A stretch of DNA of 64,000 bases from the NCBI GenBank assembly GCA_017499595.2, contig CM038999.1:3038001-3102000 (forward strand), written 5' to 3'. Numbering within the stretch: the stretch's first letter is position 1; each line of letters begins with the position of its first letter. The position numbers and the translations under genes are program-made. The notes beneath the pieces were generated by a model. It was not told where the DNA came from. It worked only from the letters and a program-made list of their open reading frames with translations, and did no database searches. This document shows, piece by piece, positions 47,984-59,566 of the stretch. This DNA is from Psilocybe cubensis. Its lineage: Eukaryota.

Positions 47984-50078
47984 CTATGAGGCATGGCCAT
48001 GTCCCGTATCGGAACGGGTGGCTGCCCATTGCTTCCATAGCTTCTGGCGCTTGAACTCGTTTCCAATGGATGCCACAAATTGAATGACCCGCCATGCGTC
48101 ATGAAAATTAGTGGCAATTCCAAGACTGATCCTGACGACTCCGAGCTCTCTTCCCATTTTGTCTTCAAAGTCCTGTAAAGTGACACCGGGGTAAAGGCGG
48201 CCCATCTCTTCCACTATATCTAAAATAGCTGCTGCACCCCCGGGATTGCACATGCACCCTGTTCGCAAGGATATATTCTGTAAAGATGCCGCGTATTCGA
48301 TAAACGAATTAGGGATCATCTCCCCAGAAGCCTGTGGAGTTATGTGCCGCTTGTCAATCAATCGACAAGAGAATGGAAGATGTAGTAGACATACGTTGAA
48401 GAAAAGCAGTGCCAGAATGGAACCCGCATCTGACTGATCGCCAACGGAACGAAGCCGTTTGGTAGGTGCTCGGGACAGAATCTGTACTACAGGCCGTCCG
48501 GAAGTGTCGTGTCGTATTTTGGACAGCGTAGATGTTAAATAGAAAATGAGCGAAGATAACCTAAGTGGTAAAAAGGGTAAGTAGGCAGATAAGAAGCGCA
48601 GCCCGTTTGTAATGGCTGATAGTTGGAGATAATTGATAGTTCCATCCTAGGAATAAGCGCCGAAGTCAGCATTTCTAAGGGTTCATCCTTCAGACGGGTG
48701 ACAGACACACCTCAAATTGCTCGTGCATTTCATGCGCTCGTGTCATTATATCACCAGGTACCTGAACTACGTCCACAGTTCCCCCAGCGAACCAGGGTCG
48801 TTTTAATTGAGCCAAAAATGACTTCTTAACGATTAACGCGCCGACGCCTGTAGGGTAGCCGAACATCTTATAGAATGATACAGCCATTGCGTCGATCGGA
48901 TATTGTGAGAGATTGACGATAGATGTTGGGGCTAGTGCGGCACCGTCTACAACAACGTGATACCCGAGCGATGCAGCATACTCCGTCATGGAGAGAGGTG
49001 TTTTGCTGTTTGTCACATTTGACTGGCTCGTTTGCACAAACAGGCTTGGAGACGTGTCCGTAGATCTCGGCCGGTGTTGAAGAAGTATGTTCTGGCAATA
49101 TGATAAATAATAATCCTGTGTTGAACGATCACTTTTCTTCTTACCTTTGCCGTTTGGACATCAAATCCTCCTCGAGAAGTTGAAGGTATATAGGCTACTT
49201 CGGCGTTCTTAGCCTTAGCAAATTCTCGGATTCCGTGGACCTAAAAGATCATATCACCAAGTTAAAATTGACATTGTGGTCCATATTAAGAGCGTCCACG
49301 CACGCTGTTGTGTGCATCGGTTCCGAGAACCAAGCTACTTCCTTGCGTAAAAGGATAAGATTCCGCAACTAGCTTCAATGCCCCACTCGCGTTGGCGGTA
49401 AAAACTACCGTGTAATCCGAGGGGGCACTGAAATGTGATAGTACCGACTGGCGTGCCTCATCTGCACATTTTAGGGATAACTTGGAGCTAGAATGAAAGC
49501 CGTGAATCATGATGATTCATGATTATATTGCGCATATACTTACGTATTGCTGACAGAATGTGTATTTCCGAGAATACTGCCATTCAGGAAATCGGTATGG
49601 GCCCTGATCAGGCTCTCCGGGTAAAGGGATCCCCCCATGTAGTCTACATAGGTTTCGTCTGCTCGCTCCAATCTAGCAAAATCTGTGCGGCGAAGGGTGT
49701 CCAGTATCCAGGTTAATTGATATTCTGTTGGGCGATGAGAAGAGCGGCAGACACCAGAGGCAATGCAGACTCACCGGGATATTCCTGAAGAAAGGCTTCG
49801 AAGGCTCTTTCTTCCTCATTAGAATCCAAACGTACTGCAGCCGGAGAATAAGCAACAGAGGGAACAAATGTGCGGGGTTGATAAAGTTGAAGATGATCGA
49901 CTGATATCGTCTTTTCGTTGACTAGCTGAGAAATTTCCGGTGTAAAATCCTCGCTGTCGAAAGAATTTATTGAGGTACACCCAAGGCTGATTCGTGATAA
50001 GAAGCCGGAGCGTTTATGAGATAGACCGAGCCCTTTGGTAGAAGTCGGCCCGTTTAGATGGCCTTTAGAGTTGCGCAT
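47984..50078 (-). CDS. Class V PLP-dependent transferase, molybdenum cofactor sulfurase-like (no MOSC domain)
   Basis: YVDYMGGSLYP, GNTHS, VVFTANASGALKLVAESYPF, DAHNSV, DGAALAP, PLP-lysine motif SFYKMFGYPTGVGAL, LRTGCMCNPG and VVRISLG. The ORF ends shortly after. Confidence 0.88.
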
Positions 50079-50158
50079 GTCCTAGAAGATGTAGATTACT
50101 GAAAAGGTAGGAGAGATGAGGAGAGGTGGTTAGGCAGGAAGGTCTTTCGTCAAGGTCT

Positions 50159-50164
50159 TTTATA
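50159..50164 (-). promoter_or_regulatory. Candidate TATA box of the PLP-enzyme gene
   Basis: TATAAA on the minus strand about 80 bp upstream of ATG 50078. Confidence 0.45.
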
Positions 50165-53038
50165 TCTGCAAGGTGCAGTTTCCCTGGCCGATGGATCCCA
50201 GAACCTAAGTGGGGGACATAGTAATCGGGGTAGTTTGTTAGAATAGGTGTGACAGGTGGATAGATCTATCATGGTCAAACTTGAACAAAGCGTTACTTCC
50301 GCAAGTGTATCTAGTTTCAAAGCACCGCCATAGTCTGGCCGGCTAAGTCAGAAGGCCAAGGATCTACTAGTAAAAATAAATCTTCTATTCACCAAGTACC
50401 GAAAGGCGCGCCTCCCATTACAGTTCATGCGAGATTCAAGATCGTTTGTCAAGCCCCTATATTTGATCTCTTGCAAAATGTCCACCAGATCAACGCGGAA
50501 AACATACGGGAAGCTAGTACCAAGATGGAATTCATAGTGATTGAGTAAAATGAGAACCTAAGCATTGGAAGGCAAAAGACCGTAAATGAAGCAACAGAAG
50601 GCGCGCTGCCTACTTCAAGCCCGAACTTTGAAGTCACATTGGCTGTTGTTGTTGTTCCATCATCAACGGATCATACAGCCAGACCCATCCAAGGACATGA
50701 CCTTGACATCATCACTACATGGAGAAAAGCGAGGTAACATGCCGATTCACAGACATGTACGAAAGCATATGTCGATTCGGGCAATGACTTTATGGTACCC
50801 ACTCGGGACATCAACACCAACACGGTAAAGATATGTGCGCAAAACCCAGACAAGATATAGAGTGATCATCTGTAGCCAGATAAAGATTTGAACTGATACT
50901 AGACACAGGTTATTGTTTTGGGTATCGAGTTTGAGTGTGTATATGCATAGCTAGGGGTCTACCCCAAGCGAGAAGAAGAGCGCAGACTTTGTGCATCAGG
51001 ATTGATATCAGAGTGCGGCCTTGAGCTAGTTGTTAAGCAGTCGGCATTCCCGATTTGCCATTTGATAAATTTTCACAGAAAAGCGACGGTGTTGGTATTT
51101 GTCCCATGAGTATTCCAAGTGAACGAGTATACTTCGAGGTTAATACGTAACACCTTAAAATTATTCAGGTCGAGTTTGGCATTGTTTATCCTTTGATGCT
51201 GACTTGCCGGATCGTCGGAACAGCGTCTGATTTTGATTTTGACATTCAAATTCACGACCACTCAATACATTCACACCGGCGCTTACTCTGTGCCACTACA
51301 CAGTAGCATCCGTGAGCAACGAAACAACTTCAGCCATAAATCCAGACATTTTTCAATAAAACTGTAGAGCGGCGCATCCCAACTGTCTTTTAGAATTTAA
51401 CTCCCGAAGTTCTCCAGTTCTCCAGTACATTGCCAATGCAAGCGGAGGAAAGCTTTGCTAATAAGTACTTTTCACTAGTTCTACGCGGTTAGTACCAATT
51501 TACATTGTAGTATGATCGTTCCCGTCGGAAACTTAGGTACGACGTGCTTACACATAAAAAAATGACAAGATGCGACAACACAATCTATCTATCAATGAAG
51601 GATGTGCTTGCTTACAAACTTAACAGAAAGTCGTAGTTTACCCAAGGTTTACTGAATCATTATTATCACTGATATATCGTATGCTTAATGGCAATAAAAC
51701 TAAAAGTGAGTCCCCTTTTTATTTGACTATATAAAGGAACTCATATGTTGTTTGCATCCAAAATGGGCGATCAATATGAAGACTGATGATATGGCCTAAA
51801 AAAAGATGAGGACCTGAGCAGTAAGCGGGCGCGTAACCCAGAAATACCCCGACGACACAGTAATAGTCATGTGCTGAGGTATGGGCCCTTACCAAGCTTA
51901 TCTACGATTGGCCGATTTTCAACTTACGGTACTAACTGCTATCAAGCGTATCAGAATTCAGACCTAGGTTGTTGAAATGCACCCTTGATACTATTGAAAC
52001 TGCGTACTTCTTTAAGTTTCAACAGCGGACATTTTTACCATTTTTTGTCTAGAATCACAATTACAGTTGGTTTCTCATGTTTGCAAACATAACGCTCCAT
52101 TGTATACATATAATACACTGATTGCTGGCTATTATCATTATAGCGGCTAGCTTCCTTGTACGCTGAAGTGGCATGTAAATTTAAAATACCATAACAGTGT
52201 CAGTTTATAGAAAAAATTACCTGAGTACCACAACAATCATGATACCCGTACCTACCCGTACCATTTTTTGGCTCTACAATCGAAAGTATGAAAATGAAAG
52301 ATTTCAAGCAAAGTATCCCTGAAACTTTTACAGAAAGGGGTCTGATTCACCCTGCTAAATGGAACTCTGTTATTTTTTGTAATCTCGTAGTCTAAATGTA
52401 GGGGAAATGCAAAACCCAGGACACGGTGATGGATCCACTGAATATAGATTGTATGATCATGTATAATATATATAAATATCCTACCAAGATATCACTAAGA
52501 AAACAATCAATACATTGATTGCACAATATTTTATGCATCATGAATAAACTACAAAAACTAATGAACAAAGTTCTTGTGATGTATTTTGACAATTTTCAAA
52601 CGAGATGTTCGGCAAGTCCCAACACCTTCCAAAAAAAGAACATTGTGTGCGCGGATGACATAAGCAGCGTCAAAATAAACTGCTCGGCAGCAAGCAATTT
52701 CATTGCTGCCACACCTGGGTCCAATTCTCTGCTGTATAGTTATTGGCGCCAGCGATACATATTGTACCCGTATGTTGTTTACTGCTCCAAATGTATTCAA
52801 TCATAGCTCATCAACACGACTTGCGACCATGATCTGTCAATTTCTAATTTCACAGCGCTACGGCCTCCTCACTGCCCAATTCTGGGGTTCAGACAAATAG
52901 ACGTTGGCCCCTTTCTGCATGTCCAGTTCACGGTTTAGTGAATTGTCTAGAAAAACTAGAATCCATCTCCCAGTCATCCCAGCCTCGGGCCGCGAGCAGT
53001 TCCGTCAGAATATCTACAGTCTTTTACGATCAACCATC

Positions 53039-55245
53039 ATGGCCGACCAACATACCACATTCAAGCCTAAAGAAGTACATGGTTTGAAAAAGATACCTCC
53101 ATATTGGTACCCATATACCACCATGACCAAGTTGCGATGGATTGGAAGGGAGTTGCTAGAAGTTGTGTCTACGGAATTTCGTGATCGATCCATGGAATAT
53201 TACGTCCGTCAGAAGTTTTTCTTGAAAAGGCTCGAGAAACTGAAGCTAACAGTTGACTATAGAGGTACGCTCTAGAATCAGGCGTTACTACTGTCAATGG
53301 GAAGATTGCAAGACCAGATACCATCTTGAAAGATGGGGACCGTGTCGAGTGAGCCATGTGGCACTTCTTAATCTTTAGTACATTCTCACTGACGGATTCA
53401 TCCCTTTCACAGAAACGTGGTTCACAGGCATGAACCGCCAGTGACGTCCAAGCCTGTCAAAGTCCTTCTGCACGATGTGGAACGAGAATTTATAGTAGTC
53501 GACAAACCTGGTAGCATCGTTCGTTCGTCCTAACTATCTTTGTGCCTGGGCTTAACCTAACAAATACACCTGATAGCCTGTCCACGCATCTGGGCGCTAT
53601 TACCGCAATTCGCTCATTGAAATCCTCGTGAACGATTTTGGATATGAGAAATGTTACCGTATGTTCAGAACAGCTCCAGCTTCCATTCGCACTAACAGCC
53701 TTACAGCTGTCAATCGCCTGGATCGTCTCACCTCCGGGTGTATGATAATTCCATTATCGGCCAGCCGAGCTAGGCAATTAACCGCAGAGTTCATGAACGG
53801 AACCGTTCGAAAGGAGTACGTCGCAAGAGTCAAAGGCAAATTCCCTTCGTAAGATATTCCCTTTCTGGTACAAATTAAACGTACTGAATGATTGTCTTCT
53901 AGCGAAGAAATCGTATGTGAGGAACCTCTGTTGACAGTAGATCGGCAAATGGGGTTAAATATTGTCCATCCTGAGGGCAAGGTGAGTTTTACAAAATTGA
54001 AATATTTGGCCTATCTCTCATATCATTGTACCAAGCACGCAAAAACAGTTTTTAATCTCATACGGTATGATGAAAACACCGACAGTAGTGTGGTTCGATG
54101 TGAGTCTTCTTTGTCTAGACCGCGCACACAGGTTCTAACTCGTTTCAAAGGCCGACCTTTTACTGGACGATGTGAGTTTGTGTGCGCATCAATGATGTAA
54201 ATATCCATAATTTTATATTCACTATCTTAGCACATCAACTCCGTGTGCACTTGCAATTCTTAGGACATCCGATAGCAAATGATCCTGTATATTCTGAAAA
54301 AAAAATTTGGGTATGTGCATTCTGCTTTATTTCCGACTGATATATGAAGTGACATTCAGAATGGTGCTAGGGAGAGAATGTTGGCAAAGGAGGCATTGAT
54401 GTCACTCCAAGCGAAAACCGTGAAGCTCCCGCGCCCCCATCACACCTCCAAGCTCTTGTCAATTCAGTAGGAAGCCCTGAATCACTTTCAAAATCATCGG
54501 AAAATGTCAGTGGTGATTCCGCGGCTACAAAGTTGTTACCTCGCGAAACAGGTGAGGATATTGGAATGGGTTCGCCAGTACCACTTTCAAGTGAGGCTGT
54601 GGGTGTAATAACACGACTTAGGAACATGAAAGTAAGTGCAATGTTACAGATAAGATGTCTTTCGCTGAGAGTGATCGCTGATTTGTTCCATAGGATGAAG
54701 ACGAAGACTGGAGTAGATGGCGAGATGTAGTCTTCCGAGCCAAAGGCTTAATGCGGCCAAAGGATCTGGTTATCAAACCTCCCCCTCCCCAGAACAAAAG
54801 GAAAAAGGGAGGGAGAGCCGAAGTCGTATCTCAACCACCCTCTGTTACCGACCCCGATGTCTTGGATAGTCACCATTCTGTTGAGGGCACCGCCGTGTGC
54901 GCTGACGCCGACACTTCTCCTGGGCCGGCTGCTACCTCGAATGCACTGCTGGCAGAAGACCCGACCCCCACGCCAACAGAAGAAGCTGCTTCGGGTTCAC
55001 CTTCACAGCTCACATTAGACGAAGTCACCGAAAAGATTTCAGCAGCTCCATATACTGGACTAGATGTGGGCCCATCAAATGACCCGATTTACTGTCCTGA
55101 ATGTTACCTACCTCTTCATCCCGACCCGAAACCCGAAAAGCTGTATATCTTCTTACATGCGCTGAAGTATACTATCAGCCTAGGAGAATTCTCCACAGAG
55201 ATGCCAGACTGGGCGGCGGAAGGTTTTGAATGGGATCAAACCTGA
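53039..55245 (+). CDS. RluA-family tRNA pseudouridine synthase (Pus9/Rib2 N-terminal/RPUSD2-like), no deaminase domain
   Basis: [47 protein letters not shown], catalytic [32 protein letters not shown] and [18 protein letters not shown]. Confidence 0.92.
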
Positions 55246-55341
55246 TAGCAAAATTAGGTGCTGGTGAACGGTGTGTTTGGATATAGAATGTATCGATAAT
55301 ATATATTGCATGCCCGGGATGGGTATCGTAACAAAAAGCAG

Positions 55342-56407
55342 TTACTAATACAGCGACGATGTCAGGCAAATTGGTTGTGAAAATGAAACGATGTCTAACC
55401 TTAATAAACTTGGCCATAAATTTCCTTCAATACAATTCAGGGTCAACCAAATGTAAACAAATTTAAGATGATAGAAGACGAACTTGTGGAATTCCGTCCG
55501 GAGTAAATCGTTGACAAAGTTACCTTGAGTCGACTTCTGGGTCATAGCTTGGTTCTTGAATATAAGGTCTGCAGAAATAGCAGAAATGGGGTCAAAGTAG
55601 GTATTGTAATCTCGCAGATGCGAAAACTTACCATCGTCCCATCGTTTCTTCACTTGGAATGTGCCTGGAACAGTGGTGTTAACACCTCCCTGGGTTTGCT
55701 GTCCCAAAGCAGCAGCAAGATTTAATAGAGGATTGGCTGTCGCAATCTCTGCCTCTCGAGACGCGGCGGCGCTTTCTGATTGCTCCCGTTCCAGTCGTTC
55801 TTTCTCTGCAGCACGTTCACGTTTGATCTTCTCCAATTCTCGCAATAGCTCCGCAGTATCATCCTCCTCTTCATCAGAATCTTCTTCACTGAGTAAAATA
55901 ACAGTGTGTCAGCCCAAAAAAAAAAAACCAGAGGAAAAGCTAGAAGAAAGTATTAACGGACAACCAACCTTTCATCGTCATCATCGCCTTTGTCCTTCTC
56001 TTCTTCCTCTTCTTCATCGTCGTCATCTTTGTCCAGCTCCAAAGCTTCCTCCAAAAGCTTTCTCCGCTTATTAGATTCTTCGTCCGCTGGCGCCGGTGTG
56101 TCTTCCACGAGAGGTGGCTTCCCCTCTGCTTTCCTTTTCTTGTTCCTCGCCTCTTGTTCAGCTGCAAGTAGCTCAGCACGCAGATCCCGTTTCTTTACTT
56201 CGTTTGCTGATGTCTGGCCAACTTGACTTCAAAGTGAAAATTAAAATATGGTCACCTAAAAATCGTTCTAAAAAGACATTGACTATCGGCGTACCGGAAT
56301 TTGAGTTTGGTGTGGGCGGCCATGTCACGAACAGAGAACTGGCGCGACCCGCCCTTGACATCCTTAGCTTGTGCGGGGTCCCATGTTGGTCTGTGGGCTG
56401 TAGACAT
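55342..56407 (-). CDS. CWC15: Pre-mRNA splicing factor Cwc15/Cwf15
   Basis: MSTAHRPTWDPAQAK..RDMAAHTKLKFRQ, DDTAELLRELEKIKRERA, VKKRWDDDLIFKNQA and FVNDLLRTEFHKKFMAKFIK. Confidence 0.95.
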
Positions 56408-57010
56408 TCTAGGTAGACGGTGTGGGAGAAAGGAGGTCTTTGAGTGCGAGTAATTGGTGAAGGTTGGGGTTTAGGTCTAGTGTACAAGTGCATCAATGGT
56501 TGATAGACACCGTAATTGGTAAGGTATTTCCAGCACGTGATCTAATATTCAGACGCGACCTCGAATCGTACAACAAAAGAACAGTCCACTTGAGGTCTAC
56601 AAATTCTATACAATTGGCGTTTGTTGGTATGTTTAGTACTTGAGTTCAGAACTACAAAGAATTGTATATTGTACGTAGATATGCACACGAAAGAACACAT
56701 ACAGTTATCCAAGAATTGCGGAGGATGATAATTATATTCTATAGAATATGAGCAAGAGAGTCCAAAGCAATTAGCAGTGTCAATGAGCCAAAACAAGCTA
56801 AGGGTATAGCGGACAAATAGTCGGTTGAATAGTGAGATGATGGTTTCAGGATGTTATGGAATGGTCCATAACACAGAGAAAACGAGGCGGATCGATAGCA
56901 TGGCATAACCGTAACAAGGCGTAGGGGGTCATAATTTAATCGTCACATCAAAAAAAAATAAGCATGATCCTTAGAGTCCAAGCAAAAAAAGTTGTTTAAA
57001 ATGAGGGGTG

Positions 57011-58493
57011 TCATGGTGCAGTTGTATGGCGTCCAGCACGAGGATTGTTGTAAAATTCTTGACGTAAATCGTTAAAGGCATGACGTAGGCCAGCACGGAA
57101 GGCTTTACTTGCTTCCCATTGCCGCTCAAACGAGGCACGCGACATGAGTCGCGTCTTTTGTGCTTTCTGGGCCTTGGATTCGTTATGTGATTGTAATAAC
57201 AAAAAGTGTAAATGTCGGAGTCGAAGTCGATCAAAAGAGACCTACGCACTGTAAATAAACGATTGGGAAGATATACATCGGACTTACACTGTATTTAGAT
57301 GCCAAGTCCTTGATTTTCGCCTCGTGTTCTTTTAATTTAGTTAAGATTGCCTGGATTTGACGAGGTCGGAGGGGCTGAGTCTCAATCAGTTGTCTAACAC
57401 GCGTTAGCCGTTGAAGAGTACTGGAGAGATATCAAAAATGGAGGCAAGAAGTGATAACATAAGGCACGTACGTTCTGAGAGAGAGGAGCCGCTTTGAGTA
57501 CTTTTGATGCCACGAGGAAGATCGTACGTTCCACTCCTCCGCCCCCATCTGCACACGATGGGTGAGGGTATCACGTAAAGACCTCAGATATTCTTCGATC
57601 TGCGAGCATGCATCAATGTGTTGGGATAGGTCTTGACTTTGCGCAAGGAAGAACTACATAATGAAAAGCGTTGAGATGAATATTGAGTTGATAATGAAAG
57701 AAAAACATACAGTATTCATAAACTTTACATCTTCTGCACATAATGAAAGAAGATTGATATTTTCTTTTACAAGGGAGACTTCGGTTGGATCATCCAACAC
57801 GGTTGATAGGCCAGGAGCGGAATTAACTGGAGGAGCCATGCCGGGAACTGCAGAAGAAACTGCCTTTACACTTTGAAAATCAGATGTTGCCTTGAGACTC
57901 GGAAGTTTTCTGGGTCTTGGCCGTGGAGGTGGTGAGGCGTTATGAGGGAGGTCTGATTCAGCATGGCGATCTACATCATTGGTGAAAGGGAAAGATAGCG
58001 GGGTATCAAGCCGTCGTGTGCGTGGTGCCTCAATGTCGTTGTGTTCCTCAATGCTAGCATTCCCTTCGGCGTCGTCGTCCTCCACTTCTTCGATCCTCCC
58101 ATGCCCAACATATTGATCTTTACCAAACACATCCTTGATCCATCCTGTCTCGTATTCAGGAGTCGGGCTAGGAAATATTTCGTATGCATGTGTTCGTGGA
58201 CGACTTGGGCCGGCTGCAAATGGATCCGATTCGTAGGTGTTTAAAGGATTCAAGTTTTCTGCCATGAAAGACAGCAGACTCGAGGGTTGGACACCGTTAG
58301 CGATTGGACCTTGGCCATCGTCAAGAATCCCAAGAAACTCAGAATACGTAACAAACTCTGGAGAGAAATGCGCTACGCCATTCTGGAGTGTGGACGAGGT
58401 GGCGCTCGCGCTTGTTGGGTGTGGCAGACGCCGTCGAGCAGATGTCCGAAGATTCAGGTCCGGCCTGTCGAAAAGCGTAAAGTCGTGAGCCAT
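57011..58493 (-). CDS. Hypothetical protein (4 exons) with disordered N-terminus and helical C-terminal domain
   Basis: Long exon 1 (MAHDFTLFDRPDL..KFMNT) splices in frame to FFLAQSQDLSQHIDACSQIEEYL.., TLQRLTRVRQLIE.. and VSFDRLRLRHLHFLLLQSH..TTAP*. Confidence 0.75.
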
Positions 58494-59566
58494 TGGGAAG
58501 AAAGAGAGCCAAGATGGCTATGAGGATATAAAAGAGAGGGAAAGTCGTGAAGGTAAGGGCGCGTGCATAGGAGAACAAGGAAGAGAGGGAAGGCCGCCCG
58601 TCGCAATATGTACTCGCCACAATATTCCACGTCTCGGCAACAAACCGAGGTACCAACATCTTGTTAAACTATTTTGGGTTTATTACAACAGAATAAGAAC
58701 GTTAACAACCGTGCTATAGACATCTCTCTTCCCATGAAAATACATTTCATTACTAGAGCTCTCAGGTTGGACATAAGAAATGCACTAGCACCGATCACAA
58801 GCCAGTAACATTCGTCCTTCTGAAATCCTTTTCCACACCGTGGTGGTGATATCATAGCATATCATAGAACTATATCGCCGACATCATCCCCTCTACGCAT
58901 GGTTACATCACGTTCCGAAGTCTTCGTGTGCAACCAGCACACACAAATCGACAATTGTCCTCTGCGGGATGTCGCAATTGTTGCCTCTTTTTCTCTCAAA
59001 GTCATCCTCAGGCTTGCCAGTGCAAAGAGATACAATAAGCTATGCTTGATTCAAGCTGGGCATTCGAAAGATACAGTAATGGTTACAAAGTGAGAAAGAG
59101 AAGCGGGATTTATTTAATCTATCAATCCCGGCTCCAATTCTCAGATTTGGCTCAGAAACAACTCGCCAGCTAAAGACATTTGGCGATTCAAGCGTAAAAA
59201 TAAACCCAAACAGTACAAAGCAAAATGAATACAAAGTACAGCGACATAATACGTGGGTATCGAAAGCAATAAAAGCATACTAATGTCCGGTGCGAATAGG
59301 GATAGGAACGCGTTGAGTGGTGGTTATAAGAAATGCGTAAGTTGAGATCCGATGAGTTGTTGTTACAAATGGTTGGAGTAGATAAATGATATCGCAAAAG
59401 CTGAATGAACATGCATAGAATGACGTGAAGGCAGGATATACAATGGATGGAAAATAAATTAGATGGTTAAGACCCGGCTCAAAGCAAAGGCCTTGAAAAA
59501 TTTGGCGAAGAATGCGAGGGAAATGCCAAGGTGAAATCTTTGTTACCAATGTGTTCGTCACTTCTA

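Noticed and set aside
45367-50078. Idea that P450 + PLP enzyme + kinase + transporter form a psilocybin-like biosynthetic cluster
   Set aside because: The kinase is a protein kinase, the transporter is a mitochondrial ABC protein, no methyltransferase or decarboxylase of that type is present, and the genes are scattered among housekeeping genes.
50400-52900. AT-rich gene-poor stretch with a TACCCGTACC duplication at ~52243-52262, reminiscent of DNA-transposon subterminal motifs
   Set aside because: No terminal inverted repeats, target-site duplication or transposase remnant was found by eye.
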